Shown here: positions 11,144 through 20,789 of the stretch, piece after piece | How positions within the stretch are numbered: position 1 is the stretch's first letter | Layout of the letters: each line of letters starts with the position of its first letter | From: Candidatus Saccharimonadales bacterium | Lineage (GTDB): Bacteria; Patescibacteriota; Saccharimonadia; Saccharimonadales; UBA4665 | Direction: 5' to 3' | NCBI GenBank assembly: GCA_035510455.1 | Contig: DATKHB010000027.1 | Coordinates: 373-64,372 of the forward strand | DNA: 64,000 nucleotides | Made by a program: the position numbers and the translations under genes | Notes under the pieces: model-generated | Told to the model about the DNA's origin: nothing | Databases searched by the model: none | The model's input: only the letters and a program-made list of their open reading frames with translations

Positions 11144-12060
11144 CCATCACCCTAACTGGTCCTAACGACTTCATGCGACAGCAAAAACTGCAAAGCCTAA
11201 TTGCCGATTTTGTCAGTCAATACAGCGATATGGCAATCGAACGCCTAGACGGAGAAGAGTCTGATGGAGCGCGCATCAAAGAGAGCATCGAGAGCCTACC
11301 GTTTTTAACTACTAAAAAGATGGTAGTGCTGCGCCAACCGAGCAAAAATAAAGAATTTCAAGACAATATCGACCAGTGTTTGGATGAATTACCGACGACA
11401 ACAGACCTTATTATCGTGGAGCCTAAATTGGATAAAAGGCTGAGTTATTACAAGGTTCTAAAGAAAAAAACTAATCTTTTGGAATATGACGAGCCGAATT
11501 TAAACGATGCTGCTAAATGGCTGATTTCTCAGGCCGATAAGCTTGGCGGTAAGTTAAGCCCCACTAACGCTCAACTATTAATTAATCGAGTCGGCTTGAG
11601 CCAAGCAGTTCTAGCCAATGAACTCGCTAAGTTAATTATTCATAATCCGGATGTTACGCTAAACGATATTGAGCTTTTGACCGAGCCTACGCCTCAGAGC
11701 ACCATTTTTGAACTAATTGATTCGGCCTTTAGCGGCGACAGACAGAAAATGCTTGCCCTATACCAAGAACAAAGGCTACTTAAAGTTGAACCACAACAGA
11801 TTATCGCGCTTCTAACCTGGCAGTTCCATGTCATGGCGCTTATTAAAGAGTCTGCCGGCAAATCTTCTCAAACCATAGCTGACCAAACCAAACTGAACCC
11901 TTATGTTGTCTCAAAGAACATAAGGATAGTTAAAGAGTTATCGAGCGGGAGTCTAAAGAGAATGATACACGAGCTTTTGGTTTTAGATATGGACCTAAAA
12001 TCGAAGTCTATTGATCCGGATGAGGCGCTCCAGCAATATCTTATTTCGCTCAGTAAATAA
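11140..12060 (+). CDS. holA: DNA polymerase III delta subunit
   Basis: Size and pattern are typical of HolA. The ATG at 11140 overlaps the mutM stop (ATGA). The track ORF starts at 11110. Confidence 0.7.
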   Translation: MTITLTGPNDFMRQQKLQSLIADFVSQYSDMAIERLDGEESDGARIKESIESLPFLTTKKMVVLRQPSKNKEFQDNIDQCLDELPTTTDLIIVEPKLDKRLSYYKVLKKKTNLLEYDEPNLNDAAKWLISQADKLGGKLSPTNAQLLINRVGLSQAVLANELAKLIIHNPDVTLNDIELLTEPTPQSTIFELIDSAFSGDRQKMLALYQEQRLLKVEPQQIIALLTWQFHVMALIKESAGKSSQTIADQTKLNPYVVSKNIRIVKELSSGSLKRMIHELLVLDMDLKSKSIDPDEALQQYLISLSK

Positions 12061-12062
12061 TA

Positions 12063-12416
12063 CTATTTTTTGCTAGCTGTTTTCTTCGTAGCCGGTTTTT
12101 TCTTGGCAACGGGTTTCTTGGCGGTAGTCTTCTTAGCTTTAGATACAGCTGCCGTGCTTGCAGCCTTAGCAACTTTTGCTAACTGGCGTTTTTTGCGGGC
12201 GATTTTGTTTTTGTGCATGATATTTTTTTTGCCAGCTTTGTCTAGTTCGCTTTGAGCCTTAGAAAGGGCAGAACTAACTTTCTTTTTGTCGGCACTATCT
12301 AAAGTGGCGTGGAACGCTTTAACAACCGTTCGAAGAGAACGCTTAGTCTTGCTGTTTCTGGCTGCTGCTTTACGAGTAACTTTGACTCTTTTCTTAGCAG
12401 ATTTGATTATCGGCAT
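12063..12416 (-). CDS. rpsT: 30S ribosomal protein S20 with Lys/Ala-rich C-terminal extension
   Basis: MPIIKSAKKRVKVTRKAAARN is a canonical S20 start. About 35 extra C-terminal residues (AKVAKAASTAAVSKAKKTTAKKPVAKKKPATKKTASKK). Confidence 0.9.
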   Translation of the reverse strand: MPIIKSAKKRVKVTRKAAARNSKTKRSLRTVVKAFHATLDSADKKKVSSALSKAQSELDKAGKKNIMHKNKIARKKRQLAKVAKAASTAAVSKAKKTTAKKPVAKKKPATKKTASKK

Positions 12417-12569
12417 TAATTTTGTCCTAAGATTAGCTCTAGATATCGTTAGCCTACTATACAGATTAAGATTTTAATTGTAAAGCTAGCTCATTAATAT
12501 GCTTGATAATATGCCTCGACAAACGTAAGCTTATTATGGTATACTTAACACCATTAAGACAAAATAAAA

Positions 12570-14405
12570 ATGGAAAACGCTAAACAACAAGCTATAGAGC
12601 GTATAAAACAGGCTAATAATGTATTAGTTACGGTTAGTAATAACCCATCTGTTGATCAACTGTCAGCTTGTATTGCCCTAACTCTCATTCTAAACAAGCT
12701 AGGGAAGCACGGAACGGCAGTTTATAGCGGCCAAACACCCTCCATTATTGAGTTTCTTCAGCCCGAAAAGACAATAGAGAAGAACACTGACAGCTTGCGT
12801 GATTTTATTATCGCATTGGATAAGTCAAAAGCCGATAAATTGCGCTATAAGGTCGAAGACAAAGTAGTTAAAATATTTATTACTCCTTACCGAACTAGCA
12901 TTAGCAAGGATGATTTAGACTTCAGCCAAGGAGACTTTAACGTTGATGTGGTTATTGGCTTAGGGGTTCATCAGCAGTCCGATCTTGATCAGGCCATAAC
13001 AGCCCACGGCAGAATTTTACATGACGCAACCGTAATAACATTTAACGTCACGCCAAATGGCGATCTGGGCAGCATTAATTGGCAAGATCCTTCGGCCAGC
13101 AGTCTCAGTGAACTAGTATCAGTTTTGGCTACTGAAATGGGCAGCAGCTTATTGGATAACCAGATAGCAACCGCCTTACTAACAGGTATAGTGGCCGAAA
13201 CTAACAGATTTAGTAACGATAAGACTTCGGCTAAAACTATGAGTATCAGCTCTCAGCTTATTTCTGCGGGAGCCAACCAGCAATTGGTTGCCAGCAAGCT
13301 TGATCAGCCGGCAAAGCAAGCCGCCAATCCCGGTTCGTTAGATTCTCCTAAAAAGGACAGTCCTCTAGCTGAACCGGCTGATGGCGATCAGCCAACAGAT
13401 CAACCAGATGACGGAGCCATTGAAATATCTCATAACGATGATAATACAAACGAGCAGCCGCCACCTCCGCAGATTGATATTGATGACCACGGTAACATTA
13501 TGGGGAACGACGATTCTGCCAGCAAAACCGATCAAGCGGCCCAGCCAACTAACCAGTCGGAACTGAGCGGCGGCACAGCGCTAGTCACCGAACCGCCCAT
13601 TTTAGGGGGAACACTGACCGCTAACTCTTCGCAGACAGAAGACGTGGAACCCTCAACCGATCCTTTGAGTCTACCAACTGTCCAGCAGCCCTTGTTAAAT
13701 AGGCAGCCCTTAGGTGCTAATAATCCTCTTCCAGATAGAGTTCCTACTGACGGTGAGCCCCAAACTCTATCGCAAATTGAACAAGCGGTTAACAGCCCTC
13801 ATTTATCTATGCCTGAAGAATCTACCGTGCAACCATTTCTAGAACCCCCACCTAATCCTCAATCAACTCCTGAACCGCTACCAGAACTTAACCCAGAAAT
13901 TGTTCCCGAACAAAATAATAACTCGCCAGTTGAAGAGCCCAGCGCCGGTAATAATGCTGATCAGAATAATTCGTCTAGCGAAGAGCCCCACATCGACAAC
14001 GCCCGAGACGCTGTGCAAGCAGCCATTAATGCTTCACCAGAAACCCAACCGCTAGAACCGGTTCAGTCTCTTAATGCCCAGCCTGTCTTCGACAGCATGA
14101 ACGATGACACGCATGACCAAGATCAAGAAAATCCGCTTCCGGTGTTAACGCCGGCACCAACTGTTGCTCCATCGTCCCAGTCATTTGTCAGCCCACAGGG
14201 ATCTCCTGTGCCGCCTCAAGACACCTTTGCAGACCCAACCCAACCCAACCACCTAGACACATTTAACATGCCAATGCCCCAGCAGCCACTACAGCCTTTT
14301 AGCGATCCCTCTATGAGCAATAACCCATCTCCATTTATGCCATCGGCAGATAATGACAATCCACCACCGCCAGTTCCTCCGCCAATGATGCCGCCGGTAG
14401 TCTAG
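12570..14405 (+). CDS. DHH-phosphoesterase-like N-terminal domain fused to a long Pro/Gln/Asn-rich low-complexity tail
   Basis: The first ~240 aa have NrnA/DHH-like topology, but the metal motifs look degenerate (NPSVD instead of NPDGD; no DHH triad found). Residues ~245-611 are low complexity. Confidence 0.45.
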   Translation: MENAKQQAIERIKQANNVLVTVSNNPSVDQLSACIALTLILNKLGKHGTAVYSGQTPSIIEFLQPEKTIEKNTDSLRDFIIALDKSKADKLRYKVEDKVVKIFITPYRTSISKDDLDFSQGDFNVDVVIGLGVHQQSDLDQAITAHGRILHDATVITFNVTPNGDLGSINWQDPSASSLSELVSVLATEMGSSLLDNQIATALLTGIVAETNRFSNDKTSAKTMSISSQLISAGANQQLVASKLDQPAKQAANPGSLDSPKKDSPLAEPADGDQPTDQPDDGAIEISHNDDNTNEQPPPPQIDIDDHGNIMGNDDSASKTDQAAQPTNQSELSGGTALVTEPPILGGTLTANSSQTEDVEPSTDPLSLPTVQQPLLNRQPLGANNPLPDRVPTDGEPQTLSQIEQAVNSPHLSMPEESTVQPFLEPPPNPQSTPEPLPELNPEIVPEQNNNSPVEEPSAGNNADQNNSSSEEPHIDNARDAVQAAINASPETQPLEPVQSLNAQPVFDSMNDDTHDQDQENPLPVLTPAPTVAPSSQSFVSPQGSPVPPQDTFADPTQPNHLDTFNMPMPQQPLQPFSDPSMSNNPSPFMPSADNDNPPPPVPPPMMPPVV

Positions 14406-14458
14406 GAATTTTGTCGATAGTTCGCTAAGCTAGATAAACTACTTCAGTAAATATTTTT

Positions 14459-15163
14459 ATGACTTTAAATGGCATTGCTCTAATTGATAAACCAGTTGGC
14501 TATTCCAGTTTTGATATCGTTAGCCAATTACGCAACATAGCTAAAGCGGCCGGCGCTCAACAAGGAAGCAGGAAACGCTTCCCGGTTGGGCATAGCGGCA
14601 CCCTAGATCCCTTAGCTAGTGGATTATTAATCGTTCTCCTAGGCAGTTATACAAAACGCTCGGCTGAATTTATGCATCTCGATAAAGTCTATTCGGTGAA
14701 AATGGTTTTAGGCCAGACAAGCTCCACCGGTGATGAAGAGGGTATAAAGAAAGACATGTCGACCGATAAACCTCAAAAAGAAACCATAAACAGCGTATTC
14801 AAGAGCTTTATTGGCGGCTATGATCAAGTCCCCCCGATTTACTCAGCTATTAAAGTAGGAGGACAGAGATCCTATAAACTGGCTAGATCAGGTGAACTGC
14901 CCAAGTTAGAAGCCAGGCCGATTATGATTTACGATTTAACCCTCGAGCGCTATTCATACCCCTTCGTAAGCTTCCAAACCAGAGTGGGCAGCGGAACTTA
15001 TGTGAGATCACTGGTAGAAGATATCGGTAAAGCCTTAGGGGCTGGAGCTTATACCAGCGAACTTCGACGCATAAGTGTCGGCTCGTATAACGTTAAAGAA
15101 GCAGTGTCTATAAAAAAAATAGATGCAAAAAATATATCCAACGTGGTGTTTGAGCCTAACTGA
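14459..15163 (+). CDS. truB: tRNA pseudouridine(55) synthase
   Basis: HSGTLDPLASGLL catalytic motif and YSAIKVGGQRSYKLAR. Confidence 0.9.
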   Translation: MTLNGIALIDKPVGYSSFDIVSQLRNIAKAAGAQQGSRKRFPVGHSGTLDPLASGLLIVLLGSYTKRSAEFMHLDKVYSVKMVLGQTSSTGDEEGIKKDMSTDKPQKETINSVFKSFIGGYDQVPPIYSAIKVGGQRSYKLARSGELPKLEARPIMIYDLTLERYSYPFVSFQTRVGSGTYVRSLVEDIGKALGAGAYTSELRRISVGSYNVKEAVSIKKIDAKNISNVVFEPN

Positions 15164-15224
15164 GTACAAAAATTGGATATTCGACTTGTAGATTCAAAGG
15201 ACATCTGTTAAAATATAACCCAGC

Positions 15225-15491
15225 ATGATAACCTCTCAAGAAAAGCAGGCTACCATAAAAAGCCTGCAGTTAGCTAAAGATGATAATGGTAGTAGTGCCG
15301 TTCAGGTAGGCCTGATGACCGAACGCATTAAAGACCTAACCGAGCACCTAAAGACCAATAAGAAGGATTTTGCTGCTCGACGGGGTCTTTTGCAGCTAGT
15401 TGGCAAACGCCGACGCTTACTCAAGTACATAGCCGAAAAAGATAGTCAAAAATACTTTGTCCTGATTCAAAAACTTGGTATTCGCCGTTAG
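15225..15491 (+). CDS. rpsO: 30S ribosomal protein S15
   Basis: 88 aa with GSSAVQVGLMTERIKDLTEHLK..HDF-like pattern. Conserved truB-rpsO-pnp synteny. Confidence 0.92.
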   Translation: MITSQEKQATIKSLQLAKDDNGSSAVQVGLMTERIKDLTEHLKTNKKDFAARRGLLQLVGKRRRLLKYIAEKDSQKYFVLIQKLGIRR

Positions 15492-15681
15492 ATATAAAAA
15501 TGTGAATAAACTCTGTTGGTCTTGATAGCGTTATCGAGGCAAGAAGCTTGTGCACATTAAAACGTTTAGGCTGTTATTGCGTAAGCAGAGACCAGATATA
15601 TGGATGCTATAAGCACAAGAGATAATCATATATTTGCACTCTGCCTATGCAGCCCTAAATACAGAAAGGTTTTATTTTAAA

Positions 15682-17835
15682 ATGGCTACAACCATTAACC
15701 CCTTAGGCAAGCAGATAATTTCTGTTGATACTGATTTTTGTGGTAAAAAACTAACTTTAGAGGTCGGTCGTGTCGGCTTTCGCTCCACTAGTAGCGTAAT
15801 AGCTCGTTACGGTGATGCCGTAATTCTGGCGACCGCTATGGTATCGGGCAAACCACTGGCTGGTTTCGATTACTTCCCGCTAAGTATTGATTATGAAGAA
15901 AAAATGTATGCTGCTGGAAAAATAAGCGGCAGTCGTTTCGTTAAGCGTGAAGGCAGACCGAGCGACGATGCCGTTTTAATAGGTCGCCTTATCGACCGAC
16001 CGATTAGGCCGCTCTGGCCAAAAGGCTATCGTCATGAAGTTCAGGCTGTTGCTACGGTGCTGAGCCTAGATCCTGAATTTCGACCCGATTCAATCGCTAT
16101 GATCGCCACCAGCGCAGCTCTATTTTTGACAGGAGCGCCTTTTGACGGCCCTGTAGCTGGAGTTCGTGTCGGCATAGTCGAAGGTAAACTAAAAGCTTTC
16201 GCTTCTCCCAAGGAACTGCAAGAAGGGATTCTTGATTTAGTTGTTGCCGGTACGGACAAAGCCATTATGATGGTTGAAGCCGGAGCAAACGAGGTTAGCG
16301 AAGACCAGCTGGCAGAGGCTCTGGAGTTTGCCCATAAGGCCATCAAACCGGCTGTTCAATTACAGCGGGAGCTTGCTGAAAAAGTCGGAGTTACACCTCA
16401 AGAATATGAACTGAAACTCCCAAGTGAAGACATTCAAAAAGAGGTTGTGGATTTACTAAAGGGCAAACTCGGTGCTGAAATTCGAACCAACTATCCTGAG
16501 CGTCACCAAAAAATGCACATAATCCGTGAAGAGTTAATGGAACACCTCAAGAAAAAGGTTGGTGAAGAAGAATTCTCGCTGAATAAGCAGATTTATGAAG
16601 ATGCTTTCGCCGCGGTTGTTAATAAAGATGTCCGGGACGGTATCTTAAACGACGATTTACGTCCTGATGGTCGCAAATTTACCGAGATACGTACGCTTAG
16701 TAGCGAAGTTGGATTATTGCCGAGAGTCCATGGGTCTAGCTTATTTACCCGTGGCTTAACGCAGGCTCTTAACATCGTTACGCTGGCACCGTTATCTTAC
16801 TCTCAGATGGTTGATACCATGGAGAGGAACGAAGAAAAACGCTACATGCACCACTATAATGCTCCCGGCTATACAGTCGGCGAGATTAAAAGACTTGGCA
16901 GCCCTGGGCGCCGCGAGATTGGCCACTCAGCTCTAGCCGAACGAGCTCTAACGGCAGTTTTACCCGACATTACAGAATTCCCTTATGCCATACGCTCAGT
17001 CACTGAAATAATGAGCCAACACGGCAGTACTTCAATGGCTGCAACTTGCTCCAGCTGTTTGTCACTAATGGACGCCGGAGTGCCGATCAAAAGACCGGTC
17101 AGCGGCATTGCCATGGGCCTTGTTCTAGACGGCAAGAAAGCCGCGATACTAAGTGACATTGCTGATGCTGAGGATTTCGCCGGCGACATGGACTTCAAGG
17201 TAGCTGGCACAGAGAAGGGGATTACTGCGCTTCAGATGGACATGAAAGTCCACGGACTGGACGTTAGTATGCTCAAAAAGGCTATCGATCAAGGCAAAGA
17301 AGGCCGAGCATTTATCCTAAAGAGTATGCTTTCGACTCTTCCTGAACCGCGAAAAGACCTTAGCCCTTATGCTCCTCGAGTTGTAACAATACAAATTAAC
17401 CCAGAAAAGATTCGTGACGTAATCGGTAAGGGTGGTGAGACTATAAATAAGATCATCGCCGAAACTGGCGTAGAAATTGATATTAAAGACGACGGCACGG
17501 TATTTATTTCCAGCCCTGACAAAAAATCAATAGACGCTGGCATAGAATACATTCGCTCTCTTACGGTTGAACCTGAAGTCGGAAAAATATATAAAGATTG
17601 TCGAGTGGTCAGCGTTCTGGATTTTGGAGCTTTTGTGGAGATTCTACCAGGCAAGGAAGGACTAGTTCACGTTAGTGAGATGTCCGAAGAACGAGTTAAC
17701 AAACTAGGAGATGTGGTAAAAGAAGGTGATACGGTAACCGTTAAGCTGGTAGCAATAGATGACCGGGGTCGGCTGCAGTTAAGTATGAGAGCCGCTAAGC
17801 GCGAAATGAATGATAAAAAGGAAAATGAGCGTTAA
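15682..17835 (+). CDS. pnp: polyribonucleotide nucleotidyltransferase (PNPase)
   Basis: Two RNase PH domains plus KH (GKGGETINKI) and S1 (GLVHVSE) domains. The ATG at 15682 (MATTINPLGK) is preferred over the track start at 15634. Confidence 0.92.
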   Translation: MATTINPLGKQIISVDTDFCGKKLTLEVGRVGFRSTSSVIARYGDAVILATAMVSGKPLAGFDYFPLSIDYEEKMYAAGKISGSRFVKREGRPSDDAVLIGRLIDRPIRPLWPKGYRHEVQAVATVLSLDPEFRPDSIAMIATSAALFLTGAPFDGPVAGVRVGIVEGKLKAFASPKELQEGILDLVVAGTDKAIMMVEAGANEVSEDQLAEALEFAHKAIKPAVQLQRELAEKVGVTPQEYELKLPSEDIQKEVVDLLKGKLGAEIRTNYPERHQKMHIIREELMEHLKKKVGEEEFSLNKQIYEDAFAAVVNKDVRDGILNDDLRPDGRKFTEIRTLSSEVGLLPRVHGSSLFTRGLTQALNIVTLAPLSYSQMVDTMERNEEKRYMHHYNAPGYTVGEIKRLGSPGRREIGHSALAERALTAVLPDITEFPYAIRSVTEIMSQHGSTSMAATCSSCLSLMDAGVPIKRPVSGIAMGLVLDGKKAAILSDIADAEDFAGDMDFKVAGTEKGITALQMDMKVHGLDVSMLKKAIDQGKEGRAFILKSMLSTLPEPRKDLSPYAPRVVTIQINPEKIRDVIGKGGETINKIIAETGVEIDIKDDGTVFISSPDKKSIDAGIEYIRSLTVEPEVGKIYKDCRVVSVLDFGAFVEILPGKEGLVHVSEMSEERVNKLGDVVKEGDTVTVKLVAIDDRGRLQLSMRAAKREMNDKKENER

Positions 17836-18055
17836 ACAATCCCATCCCAAGAGGTGGTACGAACATCGTTTGATATCTCTGTTCTTGGGTTTAGTATCCT
17901 TAGGCTGTAGTTACGGTGTAGCCAGCCGAGCCTGGAATACTGGCAGCTGGTGGGAATACCTAGGCGCGCTCATATTATTACTAATTGCACTTAAATGGCT
18001 TAAACAAACTTTTCGACCGAGTAAACAAGATGAAAGCCCAGACAAAGCAAAATAA
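17810..18055 (+). CDS. small hypothetical two-TM membrane protein
   Basis: 81 aa (or 76 aa from the ATG at 17825) with two hydrophobic helices. It overlaps the pnp 3' end and the UDG 5' end. Coding status uncertain. Confidence 0.35.
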   Translation: MIKRKMSVKQSHPKRWYEHRLISLFLGLVSLGCSYGVASRAWNTGSWWEYLGALILLLIALKWLKQTFRPSKQDESPDKAK

Positions 18056-18608
18056 ACTAGATAAGATCCGAGCAGATATACTCAAAAAAAATATCTGCCC
18101 TGATTTAGCATCTTCGGCCACCAATCTGGTATTTGGGGATGGCTCTGCAGATGCTGAAATCGTATTTATTGGAGAAGCACCAGGCAAGAATGAAGATCTT
18201 CAAGGGAAGCCCTTCGTTGGAGCGGCCGGTAAATTTTTAGATGAACTACTGGAGTCGATTAATCTACGGCGTAAACAAGTCTACATAACGAATATAGTTA
18301 AATACAGGCCGCCGCAGAACCGCGATCCCTTACCTGATGAAAAAGCCGCTTTTCTGCCATTTTTGGAGCAGCAATTAGAAATTATTGGACCTCTATTGGT
18401 CGTAACACTCGGCAGACATAGCCTAAATTGTTTCTTGCCTGAACTGCAGATTAGTTCCTGCCATGGCCAGCCCAAGCGTTACAAAGGCACGGTTTATCTT
18501 CCTCTATTTCACCCAGCAGCAGCTTTGTACAACAGCGGCTTAAAGCAGACCCTGATTGATGATTTTGGCAAAATACCGGCCATTATAAAACTTATTAAAG
18601 AATCATAA
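18030..18608 (+). CDS. uracil-DNA glycosylase, family 4
   Basis: GDGSADAEIVFIGEAPGKNEDLQGKPFVGAAGKFLDELL is the family-4 UDG signature, and HPAA lies near the C-terminus. The ATG at 18030 is preferred over 17985. Confidence 0.85.
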   Translation: MKAQTKQNKLDKIRADILKKNICPDLASSATNLVFGDGSADAEIVFIGEAPGKNEDLQGKPFVGAAGKFLDELLESINLRRKQVYITNIVKYRPPQNRDPLPDEKAAFLPFLEQQLEIIGPLLVVTLGRHSLNCFLPELQISSCHGQPKRYKGTVYLPLFHPAAALYNSGLKQTLIDDFGKIPAIIKLIKES

Positions 18609-18647
18609 ATTAATAAATCTAACTAAAACGAAAGGAATAAATAATTT

Positions 18648-20678
18648 ATGGATAACAAACCAAATCAGAACACAAACAACCAGCGTAGTCCTAATCAGGA
18701 CTCGCGACCTAAAGACAGAATATCAAGTGTCCGGAGCTCGTCACGAGGTGCAGCTATTCGAGCCCAAAGGCGCAGCCAAGAGGATGCCCAGAGGGTAGCT
18801 AACCAGTACTCGGCAGCACCATTGAACCAAAAGCCCAGAAGAGCAAACGTGATCGATGATACTCCTCGCCTGAAAATTATTGGGCTTGGCGGAATGGACG
18901 GTGGCGGATCAAAAAATATGATACTCGTAGAATATCTCAACGATGCCGTGATCATTGATTGCGGTAACGACCTTAGTGTCGATCTACCAGGAATAAATTA
19001 TGCGATTGCTGACGTATCTTATGTGGAAAGTATTAAAACTAAATTAAGAGCCTACATTATTACGCACGGACACTTAGATCACATCGGAGGGCTACCGCAC
19101 ATCGTACCGAAATTGCCAGCCCCGATTTATGGATCCAAATTCACTATCGGCCGGGTTGAGGAAATCTTTGAAAATTTTGGCCAACCAATGCCTGAGGGCT
19201 TTGAATTGCGGACGGTTACCATGAACGAAGACACCCACGAAAGACTTAAAATCGGCGAGTTCTTTTTGGAGCTAGTACGAATAACTCATTCTATACCCGG
19301 CAGTACTACTGTGATCTTAGATACTCCAGTAGGTCGAATAGTTAACAGCGGAGATTTTCGGTTTGACCCGAACCCGCTTGATCATGAGCGATCAGACATG
19401 GAAAGGCTTAAGGAGATAGGGAACGAAGGTGTTTTGGCCTTGCTTAGCGAGAGCACTTGCACCGAACGACCAGGCCGAACTCCCAGTGAAAGTACTTTGG
19501 AGCCCAGCTATATCGACCTTATGGACAAGGCTCCGGGACGAACTTTCGTAGCCATATTTTCTACCAACATTAACCGCATACAGATGATAATCAATGCCGC
19601 TGTTCACCATAATCGAAAAATTGCTATGGATGGAAGAAGCATGATTAGTACTCTTGAGATGGCCGTTCGCCACGGTTTTGTTAGGGTCCCTAAAGGGACT
19701 TTTGTGCCAATTGCTAAAATAGCTAATATTCCCGACCGGGATGTGGTTATTGTATGTACTGGTGGGCAGGGAGAACCTAGCTCGGCTCTTCAACGAATGT
19801 CTACTGGCGATCATAAGCACATCAAGCTCAAGGCTAACGACACGGTTATCTTGTCCAGCACACCGATACCCGAATCTGGTAACGATGCTCTGATAGGCCA
19901 TATGGTAGATGATCTCATGAGGAAAGGCGTGCACGTATTTCAGCATATAACTCATGAGCTGGATGGCTGCGGACCGCTACATGTCTCGGGCCATGCTAGT
20001 TTAGATGAATATGTAGAAATGGTGGAAATGCTGAAGCCCAAGTTCTTCATACCAATTTATGGCAGCTTCCGCTCCAAGCAACGTTACATAGAGGCCATAG
20101 TTGAACATGGTTTCCCGCGTGCCAATACCTTAAATGCTGAAAACGGCCAAGTAATATCGGTCAATCCTATGAAGATGGAAGTACTAGACGAAGTGCCCAG
20201 TGGCACAATTTTGGTGGACCAAACGGGGATGATTGTTAATAACATCGTCATCAAGGATCGAGTACTCCTAAGCGAAGAAGGGCTGGTAGCGGTGATACTA
20301 ACAGTCGATAAGCGTACTGGAAATCTTTTAACTAGCCCAGATATTATTAGCCGAGGTTTCATATATATGAGAGACAACGAAGAACTCATGAACGACCTCC
20401 GGCAAGAACTGCGACGAGCAGTCGGCCAAAGATTTAAGAGGGTTGATCTTGATCGATTCAAACAAGAGCTGAAAGAACATATTACTCATTTTCTGTTTGA
20501 TAAAACCCAGCGTAGCCCAATAGTAATACCGGTCGTAAACATAATCGGAGGGAAGGGTGAGGTTAAAACGGTACACGGTGAACATACAAAGTCCAGTGAA
20601 GATATAGCATCCGATCAAGAACGTAGATTTCAAGAAATGCGAAGCCGGTTACTAGCCCAAGACGCCAGGGTAGATTAA
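18648..20678 (+). CDS. rnj: ribonuclease J with ~75-aa basic N-terminal extension
   Basis: Metallo-beta-lactamase HGHLDHIGG motif, beta-CASP region and C-terminal domain. The N-terminus is low complexity (NQNTNNQRSPNQDSRPKDR...). Confidence 0.88.
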   Translation: MDNKPNQNTNNQRSPNQDSRPKDRISSVRSSSRGAAIRAQRRSQEDAQRVANQYSAAPLNQKPRRANVIDDTPRLKIIGLGGMDGGGSKNMILVEYLNDAVIIDCGNDLSVDLPGINYAIADVSYVESIKTKLRAYIITHGHLDHIGGLPHIVPKLPAPIYGSKFTIGRVEEIFENFGQPMPEGFELRTVTMNEDTHERLKIGEFFLELVRITHSIPGSTTVILDTPVGRIVNSGDFRFDPNPLDHERSDMERLKEIGNEGVLALLSESTCTERPGRTPSESTLEPSYIDLMDKAPGRTFVAIFSTNINRIQMIINAAVHHNRKIAMDGRSMISTLEMAVRHGFVRVPKGTFVPIAKIANIPDRDVVIVCTGGQGEPSSALQRMSTGDHKHIKLKANDTVILSSTPIPESGNDALIGHMVDDLMRKGVHVFQHITHELDGCGPLHVSGHASLDEYVEMVEMLKPKFFIPIYGSFRSKQRYIEAIVEHGFPRANTLNAENGQVISVNPMKMEVLDEVPSGTILVDQTGMIVNNIVIKDRVLLSEEGLVAVILTVDKRTGNLLTSPDIISRGFIYMRDNEELMNDLRQELRRAVGQRFKRVDLDRFKQELKEHITHFLFDKTQRSPIVIPVVNIIGGKGEVKTVHGEHTKSSEDIASDQERRFQEMRSRLLAQDARVD

Positions 20679-20691
20679 GTATCTGACAAAC

Positions 20692-20720
20692 TTGACAAAA
20701 GTTGTAATTTTTGCTATAGT
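20692..20720 (+). promoter_or_regulatory. sigma70-type promoter upstream of ftsK (TTGACA-17 nt-TATAGT)
   Basis: TTGACA at 20692-20697 and TATAGT at 20715-20720. A second, extended -10 (TGtTATAAT, 20771-20779) lies 10 nt before the ATG. Confidence 0.45.
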
Positions 20721-20789
20721 TGCATACATACAATTAGCTACACTAACAGATCATTTAACTAAATAGTAAGTGTTATAATTAGCTCCATA

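Noticed and set aside
12070-12477. Two plus-strand ORFs (12070-12255 and 12286-12477) opposite rpsT
   Set aside because: They are antisense to an unmistakable S20 gene. Their Leu/Phe/Ala-rich products are the mirror image of the Lys/Ala-rich S20 sequence.
19392-19955. 187-aa minus-strand ORF inside rnj
   Set aside because: It is antisense to a strongly supported RNase J gene. It has no motifs and its composition is typical of a shadow ORF.
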